DNA from: Nitrospirales bacterium
GTDB taxonomy: Bacteria; Nitrospirota; Nitrospiria; Nitrospirales; UBA8639
Assembly (NCBI GenBank): GCA_965203295.1
Contig: CBDBCZ010000017.1
Coordinates: 2,464,001-2,528,000, forward strand
Reading direction: 5' to 3'
DNA length: 64,000 nucleotides
Shown one piece after another: positions 50,279 through 60,397 of the stretch. Numbering within the stretch: the first letter of the stretch is position 1; every line of letters starts with the position of its first letter. The notes under the pieces are model-generated. The model worked only from the letters and a program-made list of their open reading frames with translations, was not told the DNA's origin and did not search any database. Made by a program: the position numbers and the translations under genes.

Positions 50279-51817
50279 CTAGTCAGAGTCCGAGTCGAGG
50301 ATCATCGCCCTTTTCCTCCTAGGAAGTGTCTCAGTGTGTGGAGCTGCAGGCTTACCCACATAGAAGTTCACGGTGCAGTGATTGAATGTAGCAGATGGGA
50401 GGTTGAAAGTACGGAGCTGCTGACTGTGCTGAGAGGCAGAGAGGAAAGTTGGTGTCGTATCAGCGAGCAGTGCAGGCACAGCGGGAGCAAGGTGGGAACT
50501 CCTGGTACCATCCAGTTTGGCCTTCTTCGTACCACCATTGAGAATGTCAGAAAGGGCTTCACGCTGTGCATCAGAAGTCCTCTTGTAGGAGCGGACGCCC
50601 TCCAGACTTCTGTGACCAGTGCGCTCCATGACAAGCTGCTCATCTACCCCAGACTGGTAGAGTCTGCTGGTTGCAGTGGCTCGTAAGGAGTGATTGGTTT
50701 TGTAGCCTTCAATGCCTGCTGACTTGCAAAGGCGAGCTACAGTTTTACCAAGAGTTGTATGCCCCAGTGGACACTTCGAATACCAACAGCTCGATGTCGG
50801 AGTTCGAGAAGGCTGTAGGTAGAACGCGTGAGGTGGTGCATCTTCAGGACACAACTCACGGTAGCGCTGGAACAATCTCACAAAGCACCGTTTCTGTTTG
50901 TCCAAGTTTGCGTGGTGAGTAACAACTTTAGGTGCCACCTTTCTCCCCTTCAATCCACCGGGATGATTTTTGGATACATCTTCGGTGTACTTCAAGTATG
51001 GCCTCTCACCAGGACGTTCGACCAGCTCAATTTGGCATGGGGTACGCCTCAGTTGGCGGTGTTCTTTGCCACTTCGAAGAGCAAAATAGAGGCCATTGTA
51101 GAACACAATTGTGTCCAAAAGGCTCTGTGGGGTAGCATCACCAAGTAGCCCTTTTTTCCAAAGCAACTCTTCTTCGTCCTCCGTCAGAACCTCTGCCTGC
51201 CTTTTCTTTGATCCAATGCCCTGACTCTGCAGCCTCTTCATTTCGGCATCTAAAGAAGCTCTGAAGTCCGCAAATTCGTCATCTTTGAAGAAGTCGATTT
51301 GGGGCTTTCCGGTCCATCTCAGGTGACGCATCAATCCGGAGCAAATGTGATGAAGCGTGTTGGGAGGATAGACACTACCATCTCTCTTTCTGGCTTCAAG
51401 GATGAATCTCGTCAACCAGTGCTGCAATTCGTCTCTTGTCATTTCTTGTAGGGTAGCTATAGTATCTCCTGTGGTCTGTTGGCGATGTTTTCTCCACTCC
51501 ACCCATATATTCAAACAGTATTTGGTATCCTCTTGAGTCTTCTTGGGAATCCCTTTTTGCCTTTCGTTTGCTATCTCTGCGTCAGTTTTTGGGGGTGCAA
51601 AACGGACGCATGGGAGGGATGAGCTCGTAGACGGGTGGGTGGAGCTGGTTATAGCGCTAGCGCACGCCGGTAGGGTGGGGCCAGAAGGGGTGGAGTCAGC
51701 GAGCTGCTCGGTCACGTCACTCGTTGCTAGTAGACGTTCGAGGTCGCCGCTAAAGCCTGGCTCGTCAACTTGTAGCCACTCTAACAAGTCGTCGCTCAAG
51801 AGATCTTCTAACTCCAT
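50279..51817 (-). CDS. Tyrosine recombinase with DUF3504 (Crypton/ZMYM-QRICH1-KCTD1-like), 512 aa, intronless, catalytic residues present
   Basis: FILEARKRDGSVYPPNTL (core-binding), FALRSGKEHRQL (R), SKNHPGG (K), TNHSLRAT (HxxR), TGHRS (H), VRSYKR (Y). Confidence 0.93.
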   Translation of the reverse strand: MELEDLLSDDLLEWLQVDEPGFSGDLERLLATSDVTEQLADSTPSGPTLPACASAITSSTHPSTSSSLPCVRFAPPKTDAEIANERQKGIPKKTQEDTKYCLNIWVEWRKHRQQTTGDTIATLQEMTRDELQHWLTRFILEARKRDGSVYPPNTLHHICSGLMRHLRWTGKPQIDFFKDDEFADFRASLDAEMKRLQSQGIGSKKRQAEVLTEDEEELLWKKGLLGDATPQSLLDTIVFYNGLYFALRSGKEHRQLRRTPCQIELVERPGERPYLKYTEDVSKNHPGGLKGRKVAPKVVTHHANLDKQKRCFVRLFQRYRELCPEDAPPHAFYLQPSRTPTSSCWYSKCPLGHTTLGKTVARLCKSAGIEGYKTNHSLRATATSRLYQSGVDEQLVMERTGHRSLEGVRSYKRTSDAQREALSDILNGGTKKAKLDGTRSSHLAPAVPALLADTTPTFLSASQHSQQLRTFNLPSATFNHCTVNFYVGKPAAPHTETLPRRKRAMILDSDSD

Positions 51818-51870
51818 TCTCAGCCGTGCGTATAGTGCCAGCGTAGTTACCGTTGCTATACTCTAAATTG

Positions 51871-52011
51871 GTTAGATATCTCGTCCAATGGGATCTACGC
51901 GATTTAGAAACCCTCGGGCCCTTAGTAGCGCCCTCGCTTCGCTCGGGACGCTACAGCCTCGGGCCCTCGGGTTTCTAAATCGCGTAGATCCCATGGACTC
52001 GATGTCTAACC
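51871..52011. repeat. ~140-bp imperfect palindrome at the Crypton end upstream of the YR gene
   Basis: GTTAGATATC..GGATCTACGCGATTTAGAAACCC ... GGGTTTCTAAATCGCGTAGATCC..GATGTCTAAC, with a central CCCTCGCTTCGCTCGGG. Confidence 0.92.
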
Positions 52012-52015
52012 TATA

Positions 52016-53506
52016 TATAGGGTTCAGTTCACAGTGAAACTTTGGGTAGTACATGCACAGATGCCCTCTTGCCTCTATCATTTCCTCAAGTATAGTTTTT
52101 TTGTTAGAGAAGTCTTCATACTGGTTCAGGATTTCTCTCATCTTGAGCGCAACCATCCCATCTGTATTTATCCCTCTCTCCTGCAGGACGATTTTCATCC
52201 CTTTTGCACGACCATCTGCCAATACCATCGTCTGGGGTTTCCCATCAAAAACAGTGTCTCTAAATATCGGCTGCTTTCCCCCAGGACCAACATTCATGCG
52301 CTCTGCGTTGAGGGCATCGTCACTGACTTTACAGTGGGATGGAGCGTTGTCGAAAAGAAACAATGCCTGCGAATCGGGGAATTTCTTCTCAAAAATATTG
52401 ATGGCACCATCTACTTGCTCCAGGAGTTTGTCATTGTTGAAGTAGCCATCACTCTGTGTCTCAAGAAGTAGCCTGGCCTGATCCCCATCGTGCTTCAAAT
52501 AGTCATTTGTTGACTCTTCTATGAAGTCAGAGACCATGATAGCCTGGCCCAGTGACTTCTGCTTTAACGCTTGGATCGTGTCGTCTCCCCAGTAGGAGGA
52601 CTGGTCTGCGTTTGCGTAGAACGTCGACTCGTCATGATGAACGATGACTATGGGCTTTTCATTCTCGAGCAGTTGAGGAGGGTGATTGCCATACTCACAC
52701 CTGCGATCAAGGTCGTCCAACTTCTGAACGAATTTGTGGCGATACTGGACAATGTCGTCTCTCTCATGCCCATCAAAATACATACCTTTATGGTGGTGTG
52801 TCTGTGAGAACCCAAGGTTATGCAACCATACCCGTGCGGTCTCTGCACACACATCAACATGGTATATTTCTTGGATCCAACCCAGAAACATGTTGGCCGT
52901 TAAGTTGGGCTCACCTCGTCTGTGGGCACGTGATCTGACGTACTCCCTCGCCTTGAGACGAAATTCTTCGTCATTGATCAAGCTTCTTTGCCAAGATGCT
53001 TTGGTTCTCCCACTTTCAAACGAGAGAAGATCAGTGATGGCTTCATCAGTCACAGCATCCGGCGAAATTCCAACCATTGACTCGATGAATGCATTTGCCC
53101 ACTTTCTCACGGACCTCGTGGATGCCCCAGTCACATCTGCTGCCATTTGAAGAGCCTGGAGGATACCGTATCCCCATGTTGTTGCAGCCTTGATAAACAC
53201 TTGAATCCCAATTGCCCTTTGTATTGCACTTTCTGTATTTCTCTCTATGTATCCCTCAAAATGTCCCAGCAGTAAACTTCGACCACGACGCACTATTCTT
53301 ACATCTACACAGTTACTGTCATAGGGATTGTCAGGCCTCCTTACAAACTCCACGCAATCTCCAACCCTGGATCCATACACTGATAAGCTATAAAACGCAA
53401 CGCCACGGACCTGGGCAACAAAGCGAGCCAGCACCGCTCCAGTCATCGTCGCCATCTTCTGGCCGGCCAAGGATATTGCATTCTTGTGGTTGCTGACGCA
53501 TTTCAT
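52016..53506 (-). pseudogene. HIRAN-domain + DDE transposase (long D-E spacer, ~DD111E), interrupted by the Crypton
   Basis: N-terminal VRGVAFY..GDCVEFVRRPDNPYDSNCVDV..LLGH (HIRAN-like), then CAETARVWLHNLGF (HTH), HHDESTF (D1), FDNAPSH (D2) and YYPKFHCELNPI. I count 111 aa between D2 and E. Confidence 0.88.
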
Positions 53507-56500
53507 ACGATTCCCGTTTGCGTAATCGTCATATTACATCATCAAAACGCTGAAAAGTCTTGTCAAGAGACAAAAATGAACGTAGCAACAAGACCGTTCA
53601 CCCTATAAAGGTGAATTTTGGATATTTTATAGAACTACACCTTTTTAGCAAGTAAGAGTAATATGAGCTCTTAACTATCAGTAATTTATGTTTTAATCGC
53701 TAAAAACTTCTGGCCTATCAAACTGTTCATTTTGTATTACCATCACCATGTACTTTTGAGTTAGGCTTCCAAAACTGCAACATTGATGTATCCTTATGAG
53801 AAGAATGTTACACAATGGTTTGGGTTCTTAAATAGTATATGTTCTTAAGCTTTTGTCTAAAAACTAAATTCTGAACCAGTTCAGTATGAGAAGCCATACA
53901 GGCACAAGTATGCTGGTTAATGAGGTGCAATTTTCACTGAAGTTGCATAAGTAATAGCTGTCTACATTTCCCAGGTCAAAATTGACATCTGCTTTCAAAT
54001 TTTCTCATCACACAAAGAAAAGTACAGTAGTCTAAAGTTGACATTTTTACTTTGGAGCACTGTATATGTTTCGATACAATTGTGTATTTGTTAGTTACGT
54101 TGTTGCGTGCATGTCTATTATGCACGTGCGTGCTGCATAATGCAAGATTGTGTTTTAATTTTTGCGAGCTCCCTTAAAAACTCGTATTCGCAATTATTAG
54201 ATTATCCCAATTAAAATGGTATAGAGCACACCAACAACTGCCGTTTTTGTCCATCATGCTTTCACTATTCAGATACACACTGAAGTGATGACTGTTCTGA
54301 ATCATTCAGCTGCCAGCAAAGATCTGGATTATGGAGGTACATGTATAGTAAATCAAATCTCTGAACTGCAGGGTGATTATCATGTAATGTTCCCTTCAAG
54401 ATTCTACCAACATGCGTACCCAGACTATATTCACTGCCATGGACCACTTCACTGCTTGGGCCAATGGAAAAAAACACAGCTGCTACTGTGAGAAAGGCCA
54501 AAGGACAGACACAGAAAGGTAAACACATGCTCTGTGTATGACATTTACTTTAAATGTATGTACATTAACTGTTTTCTAAACTTTGTAACGATTCTATTGC
54601 ATATACGCAGATGTTGTAGTACAATTTTTGTGCGGTTGATCTGATTAATTTTGAGGAGTTTTGGTTGGCAAGAAGAGTATTAAAATGTCTGTAGATGCTA
54701 GTGCCTAGTCTGCTTGATGTTGTACAGTGCATGTTATTTCTCCTAGCCTTCTGGGCAAAAAATATTGCAACTTGTAGTAGGTTAGCCACAGTAATAATGG
54801 AAATTGGCACTCCACGAAAATAACACCCTCTACTGTATCCCTTCACTGCAGACAATTTTGAAGAAGTGGAAGAGGTTATAAATTTTTTGGACAGCATTCC
54901 CAAGGTGAGTGCTAGTGGATGTGTTCATTATTAAGAAATAATACAGAGGGGTCTGCAAGTGAGCATATCTATCACACAGCAAAATTTGACAATAACTCAA
55001 GCTCGTTTGTCTTTGTTTTGGAGTGTATAAAAGTGGTTAATTGCCTTAGACTTAACAGTTCAGCTGTATACGTGCTTCTTATCTGAACATACATGACCAG
55101 GGTCACTGGGTAGCTGCTAGAAAGTGATTGGTGGTTCGATTCTTCCATCCCTTTCCCCCTGGGTGGCATAGAAGGCAAGATCCGTGATTGACAATCAAGC
55201 ACATCGTGCACACGGAGCAGCTTACAGCCACTACTCGGAGAAACAAGAGAACTTCAAGATAAACTAGTACGTACATAGATGATTACAGAGTCACAAAAAC
55301 TATCAGTTACTTTCCAGATCCTTCCGCTTACTATACTCATATACTGCCTATATACTACTCCCTGCATGTGACTCGGCTTGTTCATGGATACATTTACTGA
55401 CATTTTCCTGTAAAACTTTGCACATGTGCGAGCAGTGGATACTAAGCACCACTTTCGATGTTTGAGTACCTGGGAACGAGGCTAGGTTGTGATGTATATA
55501 GAGCTCACCTACTCTTCCGCTGCAAAATAGTAGTGCGCTATCCTACTGGGCTGTAGTTAATTTACCTTCGAGTTGGGACTGAAGTGGTAGGTATCCCGTG
55601 GAATCTGAGTAGCAAGATTGAACTATTAATTCACACTGCCAACTGTATCTCCTGCTACACACATGCACACAGTTAGCCTAGTTACACTCACTGTTGAATG
55701 TATATCTGCATGTTTACCCTGATAGGCTGCGGCCATAAAATTTAACTTCCCAGAAATTCACATATCCAGCTAGCTAAAGGTTTTCCTCTGAAATTGTTTA
55801 CACGTGAATTGTGACATCATCAATTACGAGTGATGCAAGCACTCTGTAAAGGTAGTTATAACTCACTAGCAAGGTCCCATACATTGCAAGGAGTTACTTG
55901 TTTGCAGAAATAAGGGATACAGTAGAAGAAAAGCTCTCTCTCTCTCATAAGAGAATACACAACTGAAGTGAAAATGTAAATTTCCTTCTAATTGGCTCTG
56001 TCAGCATTTCGGTGCCAGGTCTACACTAGGTCTCTGATGTATCTGGAGTCCTTCCTGTCAACAAATCTGGATGCTCTTCAAAAGAGCCTTGGCTTCCTAC
56101 AATTGAATTTTATTCGTAGGAGTGTATAAAACTAACCGTCATTATATAGTATGTTGCACAAATTTAAATCTTTGTGAGAGGCTCACAAATATTTTGTCAG
56201 ACCGCTTTTGTAGTGACTGTTCACGATGCATGCTCATTGCAAAGGTGACGCTCATCACACAGGATAGGTACATGTATGTGAAGCTTTATGATTGATAGTT
56301 AAAGTAAACGTGAACTTCACAGACTATAGATGTCATGTATTTCTCGAAGGAGAGCATACACCCCATATTGTGGGGTATGAGGAATGCCTGGAAATACTGA
56401 TTACCAAACCAGTATAATTGACTAGGCAAGTTTAAGGAGGTGGAGCTTCAGTAAAGGCAACAAATCATTTACAAAGGCACTTTATTGTGCATCTGTACAT

Positions 56501-57069
56501 TTCTAACAGTTGTGGCTGTAACTGCTGGCGTGTGGTACCATTTACCACACTCTCTTAGCCGGTACAATGTAGCAAGGCTACTGGGCACCCTTAGCCTCGT
56601 CCCCAGGCTCTCATATGGCCCACAGCTAGCTACAGTCGGTGCAGGTAAATTAACTGTGCCTCAATTCATATGGTACGGTTTTTATCATCTGCAGAGCTCA
56701 GATATTGTCATATATATTCTTTGCAACATAGTCATACGTAATCTAGATGATCTTAAATTCAGGACACCAGATTATATAGTTCTTAGTATTTTGCAAGACA
56801 TGGAGAGCTACATGTATCCGTTTAGTATCTCATAGTTTCAGGTTAGCCCCCAGCCAGAAGTGGAAAAATTCACAATTGTGTACAGCTTTGTCACTCATAG
56901 CTCGATAGCACAAAAACTACGGTCACAAACTATGTAGGGCTAAAGTTTGAAGAGGGACTGGAGAAGAAGCCCTGGAACAAAAACGACAGTCCTTCCACTG
57001 CATATGTGCTATGCTCACTTACCTGCCAGTGAAAGGGTAGTTCACACATGAAGTAGACAATGTCAGCAG

Positions 57070-57500
57070 TTATTAACCCTCGGCGCGCATACGCAGGAAG
57101 GTTACAGTACTTCGTTTGTCTGTCTGTCTGTCTGTGTGTCTGTCTGTCTGTCTGTCTGTTATAACTAGCTTGGCTCACCTGGTGGCTAAATCTTTGAAGT
57201 TTGGTTGCAGATAGGCTTCAAACCTAATGAGGATGTGTTTAAATTGAGCTGATTTTGCCAAGAACATTTCGTTCAAGAGTTATGCTGCGATTCGTTTGCC
57301 AAGGCGAGCGCTAGTCGGCCTTATTCTAGTCTGAGAACGAGTTCACGCATCCTGCATGGTCTGAGGACGAGACAACAATTAGTTGCATTCACCGTTACAC
57401 ATGATATTTCTGCATCCACGTGGGTCTGTTTTTGCCGACTGAAAATAAAGTATTGATAGATCTCTGTCAGCATATACTTACATTTTTTTGCCGCACTTTG
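57070..57500 (+). mobile_element. DINE-1/HINE-like element
   Basis: TTAACCCT..AGGTTA hairpin followed by a (CTGT)n microsatellite. The 3' limit is uncertain. Confidence 0.5.
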
Positions 57501-57914
57501 GAAAGCACCAGTGCTTACATTCAAAATCAACAATTTCATGAGGTATCTATACTTGTAGAGTTGCTATGCAGAAAATCATAGCAAAAACGAACCATATCGG
57601 CTATTTGGCATGTATAAACTGTCCTTCTGATTCACATTAGTTGCATGACTTGTAGATCTGGCATTTTCTGTCCGCTTAGTATATGCACTAAAGCTTCCAG
57701 CCTGGATAACTTCCCCATTCTTACTGTTTCTTGTACAGCTATGGCGTGGTTGAAAATTGTTTACTATTTCCACTGCTGCCTAGACAATTTAGTTCAAAAT
57801 TCCCCGTCCAGCTGCAACCGTTCAATAATAATCATCGAATATGGACAGATATTCTGTGTTCTATATATTATTGCATGGTTATGCTTCAATAATTTTAAGA
57901 TTTTTTGGTCACTC

Positions 57915-58985
57915 TAGCATTTAAACCTAATCATATCTAAAATCCAACAAAGCATTTTTTCACATGCATTGTTCAATTAGTGATAGTATTCTGTGCAATA
58001 AAATTTGCTCAGATAAGTGTGCATGCAACACGCATACACTCTCTTGTTCGCAAAAGGAATCATGTTAAGTCATCATGAATTTGTATTACTACCACTACAG
58101 GCCAGACTGGATGAGGAGATTGAATGCTTTTCGTGTTGAAGCAGCTTGGAGACTGGGACAATGGAGTGAACTGGAGCTCTACCTCAAGAGTGCATGCTGA
58201 GAGGACAAAGTACTTTATGTGTGCATGAGTGGGTCGTGTTTACTAGAGATTTGTTGGGGTGATCTCTGATTAAGACCCACATAGACACTGGCTAACTTAG
58301 AGACTTTTGTACTCAAGACTTCTATCCATTTTCTATTTGCCCATACTTTGCTGACTTATTTCTCATCTCACCTTAAATAGGTATAGAACATAAATGCATA
58401 TGGGCATTATCAAGTGTGTAAAACAAAAGTAACCTGAGTTGCATGTGCACAACTGGTAAAAGGTTATACTGCCATGACACAAATAGATCCTGCCATGACA
58501 CATAATTATAGATCCTCAGCCGTATGCATACTGACAAGGGTTATAATTACACGTGAGAGGAAACAAATTTCAGCATAATGGGTGACCAAGGGAAAGACAG
58601 AATTATCACATACTCTATTCTATGTACATCATATAAACATGAGCATAATCTGTTTAGTATACATCTGTCCGCTTGTAATATTTGTATATTTGCATTACCG
58701 CCAGGAGTCTTCAAGTAGTAAGAAGTGGGATGTCTATCTTTGAAGATTGCTACTAGCTGCCAAGCCAAAGGTTTGCTCTTTGTATTATGTTCACACATAT
58801 TATTCAAATACCTATACTAAAAAATGGGTATGGTTACTCTAGCATTTACAACATAATCATATCTAAAATCCGGTCTTGCATTTAGTACGTGACCTGTTCG
58901 ATAGGAGTGATAGTTCTCTGTGATGTAGAATTTGCTCAGATACAACATGCATGCAACTCATACTCTCTTTTTCACAAAAGGATTT
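57915..58985 (+). repeat. Diverged ~150-bp direct duplication (57915-58065 vs 58835-58985)
   Basis: Shared ACTCTAGCATTTA..AATCATATCTAAAATCC..TTTGCTCAGATA..CATACTCTCTT. Confidence 0.7.
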
Positions 58986-59440
58986 TGAAGGCTTCTTGAA
59001 CCGTTTGAGCAAAGTGCGTAGTGGGCAAATGGGTCCACTATCTACTGCCAGCTTGGAGCAAGGATCTTGTGGCTATCAGCAAAATAGATGGCAGTTAGTA
59101 TAATAACCACAGCTCTGTGTAAAACTCAGCCTGCCAACATCAATGCCTGCCAGCTGGATTGAAGAGTAGTATAGTTAGTCAGACATTGCCGTGAACAGTA
59201 CTCCAGCCAAGCATTCCTTATTTTTTCTATTATATCCACACTATTTTCCTATCCCACTTGTACGTCAGGGTTGACCGGATTTCTCAAGCAGACCTCCTTT
59301 AGCTTGCATTACTGTCATATGACCTTGGAGTATCATTTCCTGTTCCCTCCTGTACGTCAGACTGCATATGCTGCAAGAGTTGGAAGAAGGTGTTAGATTA
59401 CTGCTGAGACACAAAGACGAAAGTGATGCTGCACAGACTA

Positions 59441-60008
59441 CCGTATAGCCGGAAAAATTGGCGAGAATTAAATTTGGCGAAATCGCCAAAAACCGCTAAA
59501 ATTAAATATTGGCGAAATTTAAATTTGGCGATTGTGTACGGCGAAGGCTACGACGTAATCCTAGGCGCCCAACGTGTATTGCTGCGCTGCTGGTTTACTG
59601 AGCTCGAGAATGGAGATGTTTGAGGTAGAAAGCTGTGTTCGAAGCCATCATTTTTCAAGAGCTGAACTGCGTTCGAGAACCTCAAACAGCGAGGACCCGT
59701 ATGCTGTGGCTGTGATGCGCATAAGCGCTATTGTAGATACTATCAGGCTAGAAGCTTCGAGAAGTGTGTAGCGGCCTTTGTCGCTCTGTTGTCGGCGGCA
59801 CGCTTTCCAATTCGTGCCCTTTCTTCTGGCGCGTAAGCGCTATACTTGCCTCGAGGTGACTGTGACAGGCCGCTTTGAGTCTCCAGATAGGGAACGCTTC
59901 ACAGCTTTGTTCGTGAAAATATAATTCGGCGAGAATTTAATTTGGCGATTTTTTACGATTCGCCAAACCGCCCAATTAAAGTCCTCGCCAAATTTTCCGG
60001 CTATACGG
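59441..60008. mobile_element. TA-flanked pogo/mariner-type non-autonomous element with a HIRAN remnant, inserted in an ATR exon
   Basis: TA|CCGTATAGCCGGAAAA..TTGGCGAG ... CTCGCCAAATTTTCCGGCTATACGG|TA, with AAATTTGGCGA repeats and internal MFEVESCVRSHH..NSEDPYAVAV. The empty site reads AAQT|MLNSWQARIE. Confidence 0.88.
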
Positions 60009-60397
60009 TATGCTCAATAGTTGGCAAGCAAGGATTGAGCTTAGCCAGGTAACAGTTATAATTCCTACATTCTAGTTTTCAAGCATGGATACTTACATGG
60101 TATATCCTTATGTAAAATAGTTGTGTTCCATAGCTCTCTGCTTTCTCCCTGCTGCCCTCTGTAAAAGCTGGGGTCCTGAAGTGGCACCAGGGGATGAAGC
60201 TAAAGGTGTCTATTATATTCATATTTCTTTGTGATTTAGGAGTCATTTAGAACTCAGGAACCTATCCTGAGCCTTAGAAGAGTGATTCTTGGACTACAGC
60301 TGGGGTAAGCAATGTCATTTACACGCCCTATTCAGGCGAGCCTGTGCAATCTTCACACAAAAGCAATTCAAATTCTGTTTCTCTGAGTAGTTTCTCA

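Larger units (their letters stand above)
50025..52015 (-). mobile_element. Crypton-type tyrosine-recombinase DNA transposon (~2.0 kb)
   Basis: Removing it restores AAC CCT ATA|GAA CGA (NPI|ER) in the host transposase. No TSD and no TIR pair; single YR ORF; large terminal hairpin. Ends are uncertain by 1-2 bp. Confidence 0.9.
46837..54062 (-). mobile_element. IS630-Tc1-mariner superfamily transposon, 7.2 kb, in an ATR intron
   Basis: Perfect 29-bp TIRs CAGTGCTCCAAAGTAAAAATGTCAACTTT (46837-46865 and 54034-54062), with TA on both sides. Confidence 0.95.
39326..60305 (+). pseudogene. ATR: Partial ATR kinase copy 2 (scattered HEAT and FAT exons), disabled
   Basis: Exons VHRIAKAH..FKDNVCQ (~43428), SEGDFE..EKQM (44902-45084), HDISLALYVLPHVL (~46078), IHTEVMTVL, TQTIFTAMDHFTAWA, FLDSIPK, LNAFRVEAAWRLGQW (58101), VRSGQMGPLSTASLEQGS, LHMLQELE and QEPILSLRR match ATR order. 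Many intervening exons are missing and a MITE sits in an exon. The 5' limit is uncertain. Confidence 0.82.

Noticed and set aside
50279..51817. Bacterial/phage integrase or contamination
   Set aside because: The motifs are of the eukaryotic DUF3504/Crypton type, and the element is nested in animal transposon and intron sequence.
51872..52015. C-terminal tail of the 544-aa ORF (YRLDIESMGSTRFRNPRARG...)
   Set aside because: Read-through into the Crypton hairpin. The true C-terminus lies at 50024-49779.
50267..53496. Plus-strand ORFs overlapping the YR and transposase genes
   Set aside because: Antisense shadows of real coding sequence, with no recognisable motifs.
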